This document shows, piece by piece, positions 1-9,318 of a stretch of 39,568 nt of DNA. This stretch comes from an uncultured Bacteroidota bacterium (GTDB taxonomy: Bacteria > Bacteroidota > Bacteroidia > Chitinophagales > Chitinophagaceae): the NCBI GenBank assembly GCA_903905685.1, contig CAIVHI010000319.1, positions 1 to 39,568 of the forward strand, read 5' to 3'. The stretch's first letter is position 1. Each line of letters starts with the position of its first letter. Position numbers and translations under genes: made by a program. A model generated the notes under the pieces. That model was not told the origin of the DNA. It ran no database searches and worked only from the letters and a program-made list of their open reading frames with translations.

Positions 1-2
1 AT

Positions 3-329
3 GCAGGAATGTTTGTGACGGTCGATTCGATGGTGCAGACTTTCCTTTATTCTTTTGTGTGTGCTCCAACTGCGGTTAAGGAAGTTGCGGCTGTAGCAAG
101 TCCCAAAATATTTCCCAATCCTGCCCATAATATGGTGAACGTGGAATGGACTACCCCGATTGACAATGTACAATTGGTAGATATGTTCGGCCGCCAAGTT
201 CGCAGGCTGTCTCTTGGGGGAGTGTCCAATACATCGATCGATGTATTGGGCCTGCCAACCGGCATTTATTTTCTCCGGATTACGAGCACGGCAGGTGCCG
301 TTGCCACCGCGAAATTGGAGTTAGAGTGA
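3..329 (+). CDS. T9SS (Por secretion system) C-terminal sorting domain protein, 5'-truncated by the window edge
   Basis: C-terminal motifs IFPNPAHNMVNV and LPTGIYFLRI...AKLELE match the T9SS type A CTD; the frame is open to the window start. Confidence 0.85.
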   Translation, partial: AGMFVTVDSMVQTFLYSFVCAPTAVKEVAAVASPKIFPNPAHNMVNVEWTTPIDNVQLVDMFGRQVRRLSLGGVSNTSIDVLGLPTGIYFLRITSTAGAVATAKLELE

Positions 330-336
330 TTGCCCT

Positions 337-382
337 AAAAATGGAAGCGGGCGGAAATTGTTTTTCCGCCCGCTTTCATTTT
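337..382. terminator. Probable bidirectional intrinsic terminator
   Basis: AAAATGGAAGCGGGCGGAAA...TTTCCGCCCGCTTTCATTTT inverted repeat between convergent genes. Confidence 0.8.
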
Positions 383-1013
383 AGAACAGCCCGTGAATTT
401 GGGCATCTATCTTTTCTATAACCATCGCCAAGTCTTCTTCTTTTTCAGCGAAATTGCAATTGTCTACATCTATAACGAGCAAGGGGCCATCGGTGTAACC
501 GTCGATCCATTTTTTGTAGAAGCCGTTGAGGCGTTTCAGGTAGTCCAAACGGATGTTCTCTTCATACTCACGGCCACGTTTGTCTATTTGGCCCACCAAA
601 GTAGGCACCGATGCATTGAGGTAAATCAATAGATCGGGAGGTTGGAACAGGGTTTTGAGGTTCTGGAAGAAGGAAGAATAGTTCTCGAAGTCCCGCGTGG
701 TCATCAGCCCCATGTCGAACAGGTTGGGGGCAAAAATGCAGGCATCCTCGTAAATCGTCCGGTCCTGAATCACAGTATCGGTGCCCGATCGGATGGAAAG
801 CAAGTGCTTGATGCGGTTGTTGAGGAAGTAGATTTGCAGGTTGAACGCCCAACGCAGCATGTCGTCATAAAAATCTACCAAGTAGGGATTGTGTTCCACG
901 TCTTCAAAATGTGGTACCCACTTATAATGTTTTGCCAACAGTGTGGTGAGGGTGGTTTTTCCCGAGCCTATGTTTCCGGCAATTGCTATGTGCTTGATGT
1001 TGTTCACCCCCAT
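381..1013 (-). CDS. Deoxynucleoside kinase (dNK family)
   Basis: P-loop IAGNIGSGKTT, QDRTIYED, lid KRGREYE. Confidence 0.92.
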   Translation of the reverse strand: MGVNNIKHIAIAGNIGSGKTTLTTLLAKHYKWVPHFEDVEHNPYLVDFYDDMLRWAFNLQIYFLNNRIKHLLSIRSGTDTVIQDRTIYEDACIFAPNLFDMGLMTTRDFENYSSFFQNLKTLFQPPDLLIYLNASVPTLVGQIDKRGREYEENIRLDYLKRLNGFYKKWIDGYTDGPLLVIDVDNCNFAEKEEDLAMVIEKIDAQIHGLF

Positions 1014-1030
1014 GTTGGTGTATTGTTGAG

Positions 1031-2029
1031 TTAGTAGTAATTGATGCCAATCAGTTTGCGAGCCTCGACAATGGTTTTGGATGCACTATCTCGGGCTTTT
1101 TCTGCACCTGTTTTCAAAATACGGCGGATGCTTTGTTCGTCCTGCTGCAGCTCAGTGGCTTGTTCCCGAATGGGACGGATGAAGTTCGCCAAGTCTTCTG
1201 CAAGTTGTTTTTTAAGGTCTCCGTAGCGTATGTTGCAATTGTTGTAAGCCGCAAGATAGTGTGCTGCAATCTCGGGTGTAGCGGTTGCGTTGAGCAACAC
1301 AAAAAGGTTTTGGATATAATCCGGCATCACGCTGTTGGGCTCTTGCGGGCCGGCATCGGTTTTGGCCTTCATTATTTTCTTCCTTATCGTGGCATCGTCA
1401 TCGCACAGGTAGATGGTGGCGGCCTCGTTTTCGCTCTTGCTCATTTTACCGTTACCGTCCAAGCTCAAAATCTTTAAGGTCTCATGGTTGGAGCGGTACA
1501 CATGCGGTTCGGGGAACAGTTCCCCATAGCGGGTATTGAAACGTTGTGCAAAGTTGCGCGCCATTTCGAGGTGTTGCTCTTGGTCTTTGCCCACGGGCAC
1601 CTTTACGGCTTTGTGTATCAAGATGTCGGCGGCCATGAGCACGGGGTAGGTGAGGAGGCCGGCATTCACATTGTCGGGTTGTTGGCGCACCTTGTCTTTA
1701 AATGTTGGTACTTTTTCCAGTTCGCCTTTGTAGGCCATCATGTTGAGCATGAGGTACAATTCGGGAATCTCCGGAATGTCGCTTTGCGCATACAGCGCCA
1801 CTTTGTCGGGGTCCAAGCCTGCGGCTATGTTTTCGGCCACCACCCTGAAAACGTTGGCCTTTAGGCTCTTAGGGTCAGGGTGGGTGGTGAGGGAGTGGTA
1901 GTCGGCTACAAAAAAGTAACATTCCTGTTCTTCCTGCATCACTACATAGTTTTGGATGGCTCCAAAATAGTTGCCCAAATGCAGATTGCCTGTAGACCTG
2001 ATACCGCTTACAACGATTGCTCTGCTCAT
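1031..2029 (-). CDS. trpS: Tryptophan--tRNA ligase
   Basis: HLGN (HIGH) and KMSKS motifs, YPVLMAADIL, VPVGKDQEQH. Confidence 0.97.
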   Translation of the reverse strand: MSRAIVVSGIRSTGNLHLGNYFGAIQNYVVMQEEQECYFFVADYHSLTTHPDPKSLKANVFRVVAENIAAGLDPDKVALYAQSDIPEIPELYLMLNMMAYKGELEKVPTFKDKVRQQPDNVNAGLLTYPVLMAADILIHKAVKVPVGKDQEQHLEMARNFAQRFNTRYGELFPEPHVYRSNHETLKILSLDGNGKMSKSENEAATIYLCDDDATIRKKIMKAKTDAGPQEPNSVMPDYIQNLFVLLNATATPEIAAHYLAAYNNCNIRYGDLKKQLAEDLANFIRPIREQATELQQDEQSIRRILKTGAEKARDSASKTIVEARKLIGINYY

Positions 2030-2195
2030 AGCGCGAAGATAAGCTTTGTAGGCTATTTATATCCCGAACGCCCGGTTTGAGCGGCGGCGATTGATTGGGG
2101 TTTGCAATTAATTGATTGTAAATCAAGCACTAATGATACAGAGTAACACTGGGGACCGATGTTGGGGGGCATAACCGCTCCCGAGTGCGGCATGC

Positions 2196-4598
2196 CTATT
2201 TTACATCGAGCGGCACGGAGACCATGAAGCTGAAGTTGCGCCCGGGATTGAAAATGCCCATCCGGCCCGTGGTCAGGTTTTCATCCGTATACCGCAGGCG
2301 GCTCAACGAATTTTGGTAGGCTACATTCGTCAGGTTGTTTGCGGTAATGGTGAGGGTGCACCAATTTTGGTGTTTTGCACCCATGATGTCGGCACCCACT
2401 CCGGCATTCAATAAGGTGTACCCAGCACAGGGCGTCTCAGTGCCGTAGGCGGTGAAGACATTGTTTTGAGCCCAGTTCACATCCAAGCCCACTTTTGCAT
2501 AGGGGTTTTTCAAGAATTTCGTGAACGCCTTAGGCTGCGCCTTGAGCTCTACCAGCCAACGTGGTGGCGGCATATAAGGCAGGTTGTTCGTCCCTTCTAT
2601 AGATTGCGACAAATTGCCCCTAACGTAGGAGAACGTGTTTTCCAAGTGAAGCCACTCCAATAACGCCGGGTGGTAGTCTGCAAAAATCTCCCCACCATAT
2701 AGGTTGGCTGCCCCCTGGGTGTAGATGAAGCCCGAGTATTTGCCGGGATTGGCATAAATGGGTATGGAGTCCAGTTTGCGGATGTAGATGTAGTTTTCTA
2801 TATAGTTGTTGAACAATGCGGCATTCACCATCAGGTGCTTTGAGCTCCAGTTCACGCCCAAGTCGCATTGGTAGCTGTGTTCGGGGTGTAGGCCGGTATT
2901 ACCTATTTCGTAGCGGTAGGTGCCATCATGCACCCCGTTTGCCGAAAGCTCGGCGATATTGGGGGAACGGTATCCGCTTGCGAAATTGAATTTGAATATC
3001 GTATGCGCGTTCAAATTGTAGCCCACTCCCAAACTGCCCGAGATATTGGAGAAATTGTCTGTGAACGGCTTGAAAATCTCATAAGCCGATATTTTCTGCT
3101 TGATAGCCGGATCGGAATCTTTGCCATATGATTCAATTTTCCGCATGTCGTAGCGTATCCCGCCGGCCACCGTCCACTTGCCAATGTTCTTCTTGCCCAT
3201 GCCATACACCCCGCCATCAAACAGGTTGTAGTCGGGCACCAGGAATTCCGTGCCTTTGTTGAAGTTCCATTGGGTCATTCCGTTTACGCCCACGCTCACT
3301 TCCCAGCCGCTAATCATGGGCATGAAATACTTCAGGTCGTAGGTGGCGGTGCGTAACTCGAGCGAGAGTCCGGGTGCATCGGGCTCCAATACATCGTTGA
3401 ATTCCATGCGGCGGTTACGTTGGTATCCCAAATTGAAGCCGATACGGCCGCCGTTGCCCAAGTAGATGTTGTCATCCCAAACCAGTTTTTGGTGGTAAAT
3501 GTGTTGGTAGGGCACCGTCATGGCATAGTTACGGCCGTCGGCATTGGTTACCAACTGTTGTACATCGGTGTTGTGCAGGTTTACGTCTTTAAGGAAGGTT
3601 CCCGTAGCGGTGTCTCGCGTTCCCTCCGGTATGCCCGTTTTTTCGTTGAACGACGTATACGTGAGGCGCGAAGACCCCCAACTGCGGTTCACCCCAATGG
3701 TTGCGCCATAGTCAACATTCTGAAAACGGGTGTCGTATACGTATCCGTCATACTTGTCTTGGTAGTCGTGCGACATCTTGCCTGTACCATATACTTTCCA
3801 GCTAAAACCATGCTCATTGCCACCCAGATCGGCATGTAAAGCCGCAAGGCCGGAGTTGGTTTGGTAGTTGGTGGTAACGTTGCCGTTTATTTTGCCCTCT
3901 GGTATGTCGGGATTGGAAATGATGTTCACCACGCCCGCCAGCGCATCTGAGCCATAGGCCAACGAAGCGGGCCCTTTCAACACTTCAATACGGGTCACAT
4001 TGTAATCGTCTATCTCTATACCGTGTTCGTCGCCCCACTGTTGGCCTTCTTGGCGCACGCCGTCGTTGAGGGTGATGATGCGGTTGTAGCCCAAGCCGCG
4101 AATGACGGGCTTGGATACCGAAATGCCCGTGGTAAGTGCCGTCACGCCGGGGAGATTGGCAATGGCGTCAATGACATTGGTGGAGGCGTTTTGGTGCATC
4201 TCCTGTATGCCGATGCTCTGAATGGGCGTTATGCTTTGGCGTTCCTCGGTGGCCAAACTCAGGCCCGTAACCACCACCGCATTTTTTTCGATATAGCTCT
4301 CCGATAGTGTGAAATCCTTCTTGGTTTCCCCATCTATGGTTACTTGGGTATTGAGGGTGCCGTAGCTCAGCAGGTGCACCTCTACCAAATAGGTACCCTT
4401 GGGCAGGTTGCTGATGCGGTAAGTGCCGTCGCTGTCGGCAGCCGCACCGGTTTTCAAATCGGTGATTTCAATTACCGCACCTTGAAGTCCCAGACCCTTG
4501 CCATCCGTTATCTTACCCGACAGCGCATTGCCCGCCATTGCATCGCGGCAAAGACCGAGCAGCAAAAAAATAAGCAGGTATAAACGTATTGGTTTCAT
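2196..4598 (-). CDS. TonB-dependent receptor with N-terminal carboxypeptidase-regulatory-like domain
   Basis: Signal peptide from ATG 4598 (MKPIRLYLLIFLLLGL); plug motifs KPVIRGLG, DGVRQEGQQWGDEHG, IEVLKGPASLAYGSDALAGVVNI; barrel C-terminus NPGRNFSF. Confidence 0.93.
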   Translation of the reverse strand: MKPIRLYLLIFLLLGLCRDAMAGNALSGKITDGKGLGLQGAVIEITDLKTGAAADSDGTYRISNLPKGTYLVEVHLLSYGTLNTQVTIDGETKKDFTLSESYIEKNAVVVTGLSLATEERQSITPIQSIGIQEMHQNASTNVIDAIANLPGVTALTTGISVSKPVIRGLGYNRIITLNDGVRQEGQQWGDEHGIEIDDYNVTRIEVLKGPASLAYGSDALAGVVNIISNPDIPEGKINGNVTTNYQTNSGLAALHADLGGNEHGFSWKVYGTGKMSHDYQDKYDGYVYDTRFQNVDYGATIGVNRSWGSSRLTYTSFNEKTGIPEGTRDTATGTFLKDVNLHNTDVQQLVTNADGRNYAMTVPYQHIYHQKLVWDDNIYLGNGGRIGFNLGYQRNRRMEFNDVLEPDAPGLSLELRTATYDLKYFMPMISGWEVSVGVNGMTQWNFNKGTEFLVPDYNLFDGGVYGMGKKNIGKWTVAGGIRYDMRKIESYGKDSDPAIKQKISAYEIFKPFTDNFSNISGSLGVGYNLNAHTIFKFNFASGYRSPNIAELSANGVHDGTYRYEIGNTGLHPEHSYQCDLGVNWSSKHLMVNAALFNNYIENYIYIRKLDSIPIYANPGKYSGFIYTQGAANLYGGEIFADYHPALLEWLHLENTFSYVRGNLSQSIEGTNNLPYMPPPRWLVELKAQPKAFTKFLKNPYAKVGLDVNWAQNNVFTAYGTETPCAGYTLLNAGVGADIMGAKHQNWCTLTITANNLTNVAYQNSLSRLRYTDENLTTGRMGIFNPGRNFSFMVSVPLDVK

Positions 4599-4794
4599 AA
4601 TGGTTTGAAAAGCTCCGAAAAACATGGTCAAGTTAAGGCAGCAAAAACCGTGCTAAGATTGACTAACCGGGAAAAAATAAACCGGAAGTATATAATTGGT
4701 GTGTCGTTGCGGTCGGTAAAAAGGGAGATGACCGGGATTTATTTCTGAATCTTGTAATGCTGCCGGCACCATGTAGCTTCGGTGTTCCTAAATT

Positions 4795-4812
4795 CGCAAT
4801 GGCACCATTGCG
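4795..4812. promoter_or_regulatory. Dyad (8 bp arms, 2 nt spacer), possible operator in the divergent TonB receptor/ALDH promoter region
   Basis: CGCAATGG-CA-CCATTGCG; function inferred from position only. Confidence 0.3.
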
Positions 4813-4845
4813 TTGCGCTTTTGTTCGATGTCCAAATTTTTGGCT

Positions 4846-4853
4846 TAAGTTTG
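4846..4853 (+). promoter_or_regulatory. Bacteroidota -7 promoter element for the ALDH gene
   Basis: TAAGTTTG matches TAnnTTTG; TTTG at 4820-4823 is a candidate -33 element. Confidence 0.55.
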
Positions 4854-4889
4854 TTCCCAAAACATTTACACAAAAATCAAGTTTTTCAT

Positions 4890-6422
4890 ATGAAAATGGA
4901 TAAAGTTTTAGACAAACTCGGCATCGCCAAGCAGAACGATGGCGGCTCGACGGGGTCTAAGTGGTTGAAGGCGGCCGGCGTGAAGATAGAGTCTTATTCG
5001 CCTGCCGATGGTAAACTTATCGGTACTGCACAAGTGGTGACGCGGGAGCAATACGACCAAATTGTTGAAAAATCTCAAGCGGCATTTGCCGAATGGCGCA
5101 TGTGGCCCGCGCCCAAAAGGGGTGAAATCGTTCGTCTGGTAGGCGATGCGCTCCGCAAATACAAGGAGCCGCTGGGCCGCTTGGTGAGCTACGAAATGGG
5201 CAAAAGCCTGCAAGAAGGCTATGGTGAAGTGCAGGAGATGATAGACATCTGCGACCTCGCGGTGGGCATGTCTCGCCAACTGTACGGCCTCACCATGCAT
5301 AGTGAACGCCCCATGCACCGCATGTATGAGCAATGGCACCCGGTGGGCATTGTGGGCATCATCAGCTCGTTCAACTTTCCCGTTGCGGTTTGGAGCTGGA
5401 ACAGCATGATTGCCTTTATTTGCGGCGATACCTGCATTTGGAAGCCATCCCCCAAAACGCCGCTGTCGGCAATTGCCTGCCAAAACATCATTGGCGATGT
5501 GTTTAAGGAAAACGGCGTGCCCGAAGGGGTGTGCTGCCTTGCATTGGGCATGCAGGACGTAGGCGAATGGATGAGCACCGATACCCGCATTCCATTGGTA
5601 TCTGCCACCGGCTCTACCCGCATGGGCAAGATAGTGGGGGCTACCGTGGCGGCACGCCTCGGCCGCTCGCTGTTGGAGCTGGGTGGCAACAACGCCATCA
5701 TCATCTCGCAACATGCCGACCTCGACATTGCACTGCGTGCAAGCGTGTTTGGCGCGGTAGGTACAGCGGGCCAACGTTGCACCACCACCCGCCGCCTCAT
5801 TATTCACGACAGCATTTACGATACTTTCAAAAAGAAATTGGTGACGGCCTACAAGCAGCTTTCCATTGGTGACCCGCTCGACGAGAAGAACCACGTGGGG
5901 CCGTTGATAGACAAGGATGCCGTAGCCGCCTATCAAAACACGTTGAAGGAAATCAAGAAGGCCGGCGGCAAGGCCGTTGTTGCCGGCGGAGTGCTGGATG
6001 GCGAAGACTATGAAAGCGGTTGCTACGTAAAACCCTGCATTTTTGAGCTGGAAAACCACCACGAGATTGTGCAGCATGAAACGTTTGCGCCCATCCTCTA
6101 CCTGATGCGCTACGAGAACATAGAAGATGCCATAGCCATGCAGAACGCCGTGCCGCAAGGGCTGTCGTCGTCTATCATGACGCTGAATATGCGCGAGTCT
6201 GAACTGTTCCTGTCGCACAAGGGTAGTGACTGCGGCATTGCCAATGTGAACATTGGCACCAGTGGTGCCGAGATAGGCGGCGCATTTGGAGGCGAGAAGG
6301 AAACCGGCGGTGGCCGCGAAAGTGGCTCCGACAGTTGGAAAGCCTACATGCGCCGCCAAACCAACACCATGAACTGGAGCACCCAATTGCCATTGGCACA
6401 AGGCATAAAGTTCAATACCTAA
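4890..6422 (+). CDS. amaB: Aldehyde dehydrogenase family 7 (piperideine-6-carboxylate / alpha-aminoadipic semialdehyde dehydrogenase)
   Basis: FNFPVAVWSWN, LELGGNNA, GTAGQRCTT, GAEIGGAFGGEKETGGGRESGSDSWK are ALDH7/antiquitin signatures; start placed at ATG 4890 downstream of the -7 element. Confidence 0.92.
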   Translation: MKMDKVLDKLGIAKQNDGGSTGSKWLKAAGVKIESYSPADGKLIGTAQVVTREQYDQIVEKSQAAFAEWRMWPAPKRGEIVRLVGDALRKYKEPLGRLVSYEMGKSLQEGYGEVQEMIDICDLAVGMSRQLYGLTMHSERPMHRMYEQWHPVGIVGIISSFNFPVAVWSWNSMIAFICGDTCIWKPSPKTPLSAIACQNIIGDVFKENGVPEGVCCLALGMQDVGEWMSTDTRIPLVSATGSTRMGKIVGATVAARLGRSLLELGGNNAIIISQHADLDIALRASVFGAVGTAGQRCTTTRRLIIHDSIYDTFKKKLVTAYKQLSIGDPLDEKNHVGPLIDKDAVAAYQNTLKEIKKAGGKAVVAGGVLDGEDYESGCYVKPCIFELENHHEIVQHETFAPILYLMRYENIEDAIAMQNAVPQGLSSSIMTLNMRESELFLSHKGSDCGIANVNIGTSGAEIGGAFGGEKETGGGRESGSDSWKAYMRRQTNTMNWSTQLPLAQGIKFNT

Positions 6423-6442
6423 TAGCCGTATTTGATTAAAGG

Positions 6443-6482
6443 AAACCCCTGAAGTCCGTATTACCGGGCTTTAGGGGTTTTT
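6443..6482 (+). terminator. Intrinsic terminator after the ALDH gene
   Basis: AAACCCCTGAAGTCCG...CGGGCTTTAGGGGTTTTT hairpin with T-run. Confidence 0.8.
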
Positions 6483-6524
6483 GGTTTGATGGGGTCTAAC
6501 ATTTTTTTTCTATAGCTTTGGGTT

Positions 6525-8237
6525 ATGTCTGCAATCAACTTCAATACATCGAACCAGACCTATAGGCAACTCATGGGCAATGGGCTGCTGTTTCATGTGC
6601 CAAGGTTTCAGCGAGACTACAGCTGGACTGACGAAGAATGGGACGACCTTTGGGCGGATATCCAAGGTCTTTTTGGCGAAGACCCCGAGCCGGCGCACTA
6701 CATGGGCTACCTCGTGCTGCAATCAAAGGATAGTAAGAAGTTTGACATCATTGATGGGCAGCAACGGCTAACAACTCTAAGCATTTTCACCCTCGCGGTT
6801 TTGAAGAATTTCGATCTATTGATTGAGATGCGTATTGACCCCGAGAACAATAAAAGGCGCCAGGTACAACTTAGAGGTTCTTTCATTGGTTACCTCGACC
6901 CCGTAACGTTGATTCCGCAATCCAAACTCACGCTGAACCGCAACAATGATGCCTACTATCAAAATTACTTGGTGCCGTTGTTAAAGTCGCCCGTAAGGGG
7001 GTTGAAGTATACCGAACATCAAATGCGCAAGGCGTTCGAGTGGTTTGATCGGAAAATAAAGGAGGAGTACACGGTAAAGAAGGATGGTGCAATGCTCGCG
7101 TCCCTACTCGACCATTTGACCGACAAGCTTTTCTTCACCGTAATAACCGTAACCGACGAGTTGAATGCCTACAAGGTTTTTGAAACGCTCAACTCGAGGG
7201 GGGTAAAATTGTCGGCTACCGATTTGTTAAAGAACTACCTTTTTTCGGTGGTGCACCGCGAGGGAAACGACGGTTTGGAATTGGATAAGCTGGATGAAAG
7301 GTGGCAACAGCTGGTTGGGATTTTGGGTAGCGAGAGCTTTCCCGATTTTTTGAGGGCGCACTGGAATAGTCGCAACAAATTCGTGCGAGCTGCAAACCTC
7401 TTTAAAACCATTCGTGCCCAAGTGGCCAACCGGGGACAGGTATTCGATTTGATGCGGGCGATGGAAATGGATGCCAATACCTATGTGGCCCTCTCGAGGC
7501 CCGAAGACGACCAGTGGCATGCAGAACAGAAACGGTATGTAGAGGAGCTCTCCATGTTTCACGTGCGGCAGGTTTACCCACTATTATTGGCAGCTTATCG
7601 AAAATTTGACAACGCTGACTTTACCCGCCTGCTTAAGGCATGCAGCATCATTTCGTTCAGGTACAACGTCATAGGCAACCTACCTCCAAATGAGCAAGAA
7701 AGGTTGTACACCGGCGTGGCGGTACAAGTGCACGATGGAGTTGTTAACACGGTGAATCAGGTTTTGGGAAAGCTGAAGCCGCTGTATCCGGATGATGAAG
7801 CATTTTCTCGGCTTTTTTGCGATAAACAACTCAAAACCTCACAAGCCAGAAATAAACGCATTGTCCGGTATTTGCTATTCAAGCTTGAAAGGCGGGTTTC
7901 AGGTGGTAGCGATTACGATTACGACAGTGATGTTTTTAGTATTGAGCACGTGCTTCCGGAATCTCCAGGCCTTGGCTGGGAACAATTTGGCGATGCCGAC
8001 CATGAGGCCTTCGTTTATCGCTTGGGCAATATGACGTTGATGAAATTTAACGACAATCTGGAAATTGGGAATGCGCCCTTTGACGTTAAGAAAGTGAAGT
8101 ATGCGGAAAGCAAGTTCGAGATTACCCGCAAGATAGCTACAGACAATAGCGAATGGACAATGGCGCGCATTGCGGAGCGGCAACAATGGATGGCCAAACA
8201 GGCTACAGCAATTTGGAGAATCGCGCAGTTGGGTTAA
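6525..8237 (+). CDS. DUF262 + DUF1524 (GmrSD-type, HNH-like) modification-dependent restriction endonuclease
   Basis: VPRFQRDYSW, IIDGQQRLTT, FETLNSRG (DUF262); SIEHVLPE...LGNMTL...N (DUF1524 His-Me nuclease). Confidence 0.9.
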   Translation: MSAINFNTSNQTYRQLMGNGLLFHVPRFQRDYSWTDEEWDDLWADIQGLFGEDPEPAHYMGYLVLQSKDSKKFDIIDGQQRLTTLSIFTLAVLKNFDLLIEMRIDPENNKRRQVQLRGSFIGYLDPVTLIPQSKLTLNRNNDAYYQNYLVPLLKSPVRGLKYTEHQMRKAFEWFDRKIKEEYTVKKDGAMLASLLDHLTDKLFFTVITVTDELNAYKVFETLNSRGVKLSATDLLKNYLFSVVHREGNDGLELDKLDERWQQLVGILGSESFPDFLRAHWNSRNKFVRAANLFKTIRAQVANRGQVFDLMRAMEMDANTYVALSRPEDDQWHAEQKRYVEELSMFHVRQVYPLLLAAYRKFDNADFTRLLKACSIISFRYNVIGNLPPNEQERLYTGVAVQVHDGVVNTVNQVLGKLKPLYPDDEAFSRLFCDKQLKTSQARNKRIVRYLLFKLERRVSGGSDYDYDSDVFSIEHVLPESPGLGWEQFGDADHEAFVYRLGNMTLMKFNDNLEIGNAPFDVKKVKYAESKFEITRKIATDNSEWTMARIAERQQWMAKQATAIWRIAQLG

Positions 8238-8270
8238 GCCATCCCGATTCGCAATTGGCCCTTTAGCGAG

Positions 8271-8299
8271 TATACAGGCTGTTGTGAACAGCCTGTATA
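8271..8299. terminator. Perfect 13 bp inverted repeat downstream of the GmrSD-type gene; possible terminator
   Basis: TATACAGGCTGTT-GTG-AACAGCCTGTATA; no clear U-tract. Confidence 0.45.
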
Positions 8300-8349
8300 T
8301 GCCAGGCAACCTCTACTTATTGAACGCCTTCGTTACCGGCGACGTAGAT

Positions 8350-9275
8350 TCCACAATTCCGTTGGCTTTTGTACAATGACATTTTGTATGATGAGGACTT
8401 CAACCTAGTTCCGGAGGAGTGCGGGCGGTTCCAGATTGGGGCGGGTGCCGACGCGTGGCAGGTCTTCGGCAATGGAGGCAAGATAGCGGTGAACCACAAC
8501 GGCTACCTGGCGGTGTTTTTGAGGACGGCAACGGCAGGTACGTCGATCTACATCGACCCGATGGTAATAAACCACTTTCCAGCTGGATTCGCCGCATCAA
8601 CCACTATTACCCTTACGGCTTGGCCGTGAACATGACGGCGCACGTGCCGACGGCCAACGACCCTGCCGACCTCTTCTCTTCCTGTATCAGGCCAAGAAGA
8701 AGGACAAGGCCGACGGCCTGAATCTTGACCACTTCGGTGCCCATCGGTACGACCCGCAGTGGGGCACTTCCCGAGCCTTGACGCGGACCACCAGTTTGCG
8801 AGCGGTTACACGGGCATGGGGAACCATCCGGTCTTGGTTTCGGACCCGACGGGGAATGTGGCGATTGACGATCCAAGTAAAAACATTGGTGGCGACGAAG
8901 ACGGCGGCTTTCCAGAGGATTACATTGTTGCCGGCTCCGACGGGCGGCAGGGCACGACCAGCGGCAATATGCAGGATGCCATAGGCCCGACCGGTATCGG
9001 GGGGCAAACGTGCCTTTTCTTAAGCGATGCCACCTGCGGCCTTGACGTGACGCAGGCCAACCAGAGCGCGACCAACACGGCCCCGCCCGTAAGCTGGATC
9101 AAAACAGTGGAGGTTGTGTCTACATGGGCCCTTTGTTGGGGTGGCGTATGACGAGAACGGCAACCATTGGTCGTCTCCCGACCGGTCCGTAGCCGGCGTA
9201 CCGAACGTCGATTTTTCGTCCTCCACTCGTAAGCTAAGGTTCCTTGCCTCCCCGAAATCCTTTACTTCAGCATGA
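8350..9275 (+). pseudogene. Frameshifted remnant of an RHS repeat-associated core protein with a C-terminal tip
   Basis: Collinear motifs in different frames: ILYDEDFNLVPE...NGYLAVFL; NHYYPYGL; FLYQAK...GLNLDHFGAHRYDPQ; SLDADHQFASGYTGMGNHPVLVSDPTG. Ends are approximate. Confidence 0.8.
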
Positions 9276-9318
9276 GTCGTCCTTATACCGCTCCCCGCTG
9301 TCGCCCTCAAGCACTGCG

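Noticed and set aside
4600..4889. Possible cobalamin or other riboswitch upstream of the TonB receptor
   Set aside because: No B12-box or other recognisable aptamer core on the minus strand
4908..6401. 497 aa minus-strand ORF
   Set aside because: Antisense shadow of the ALDH7 gene; no motifs
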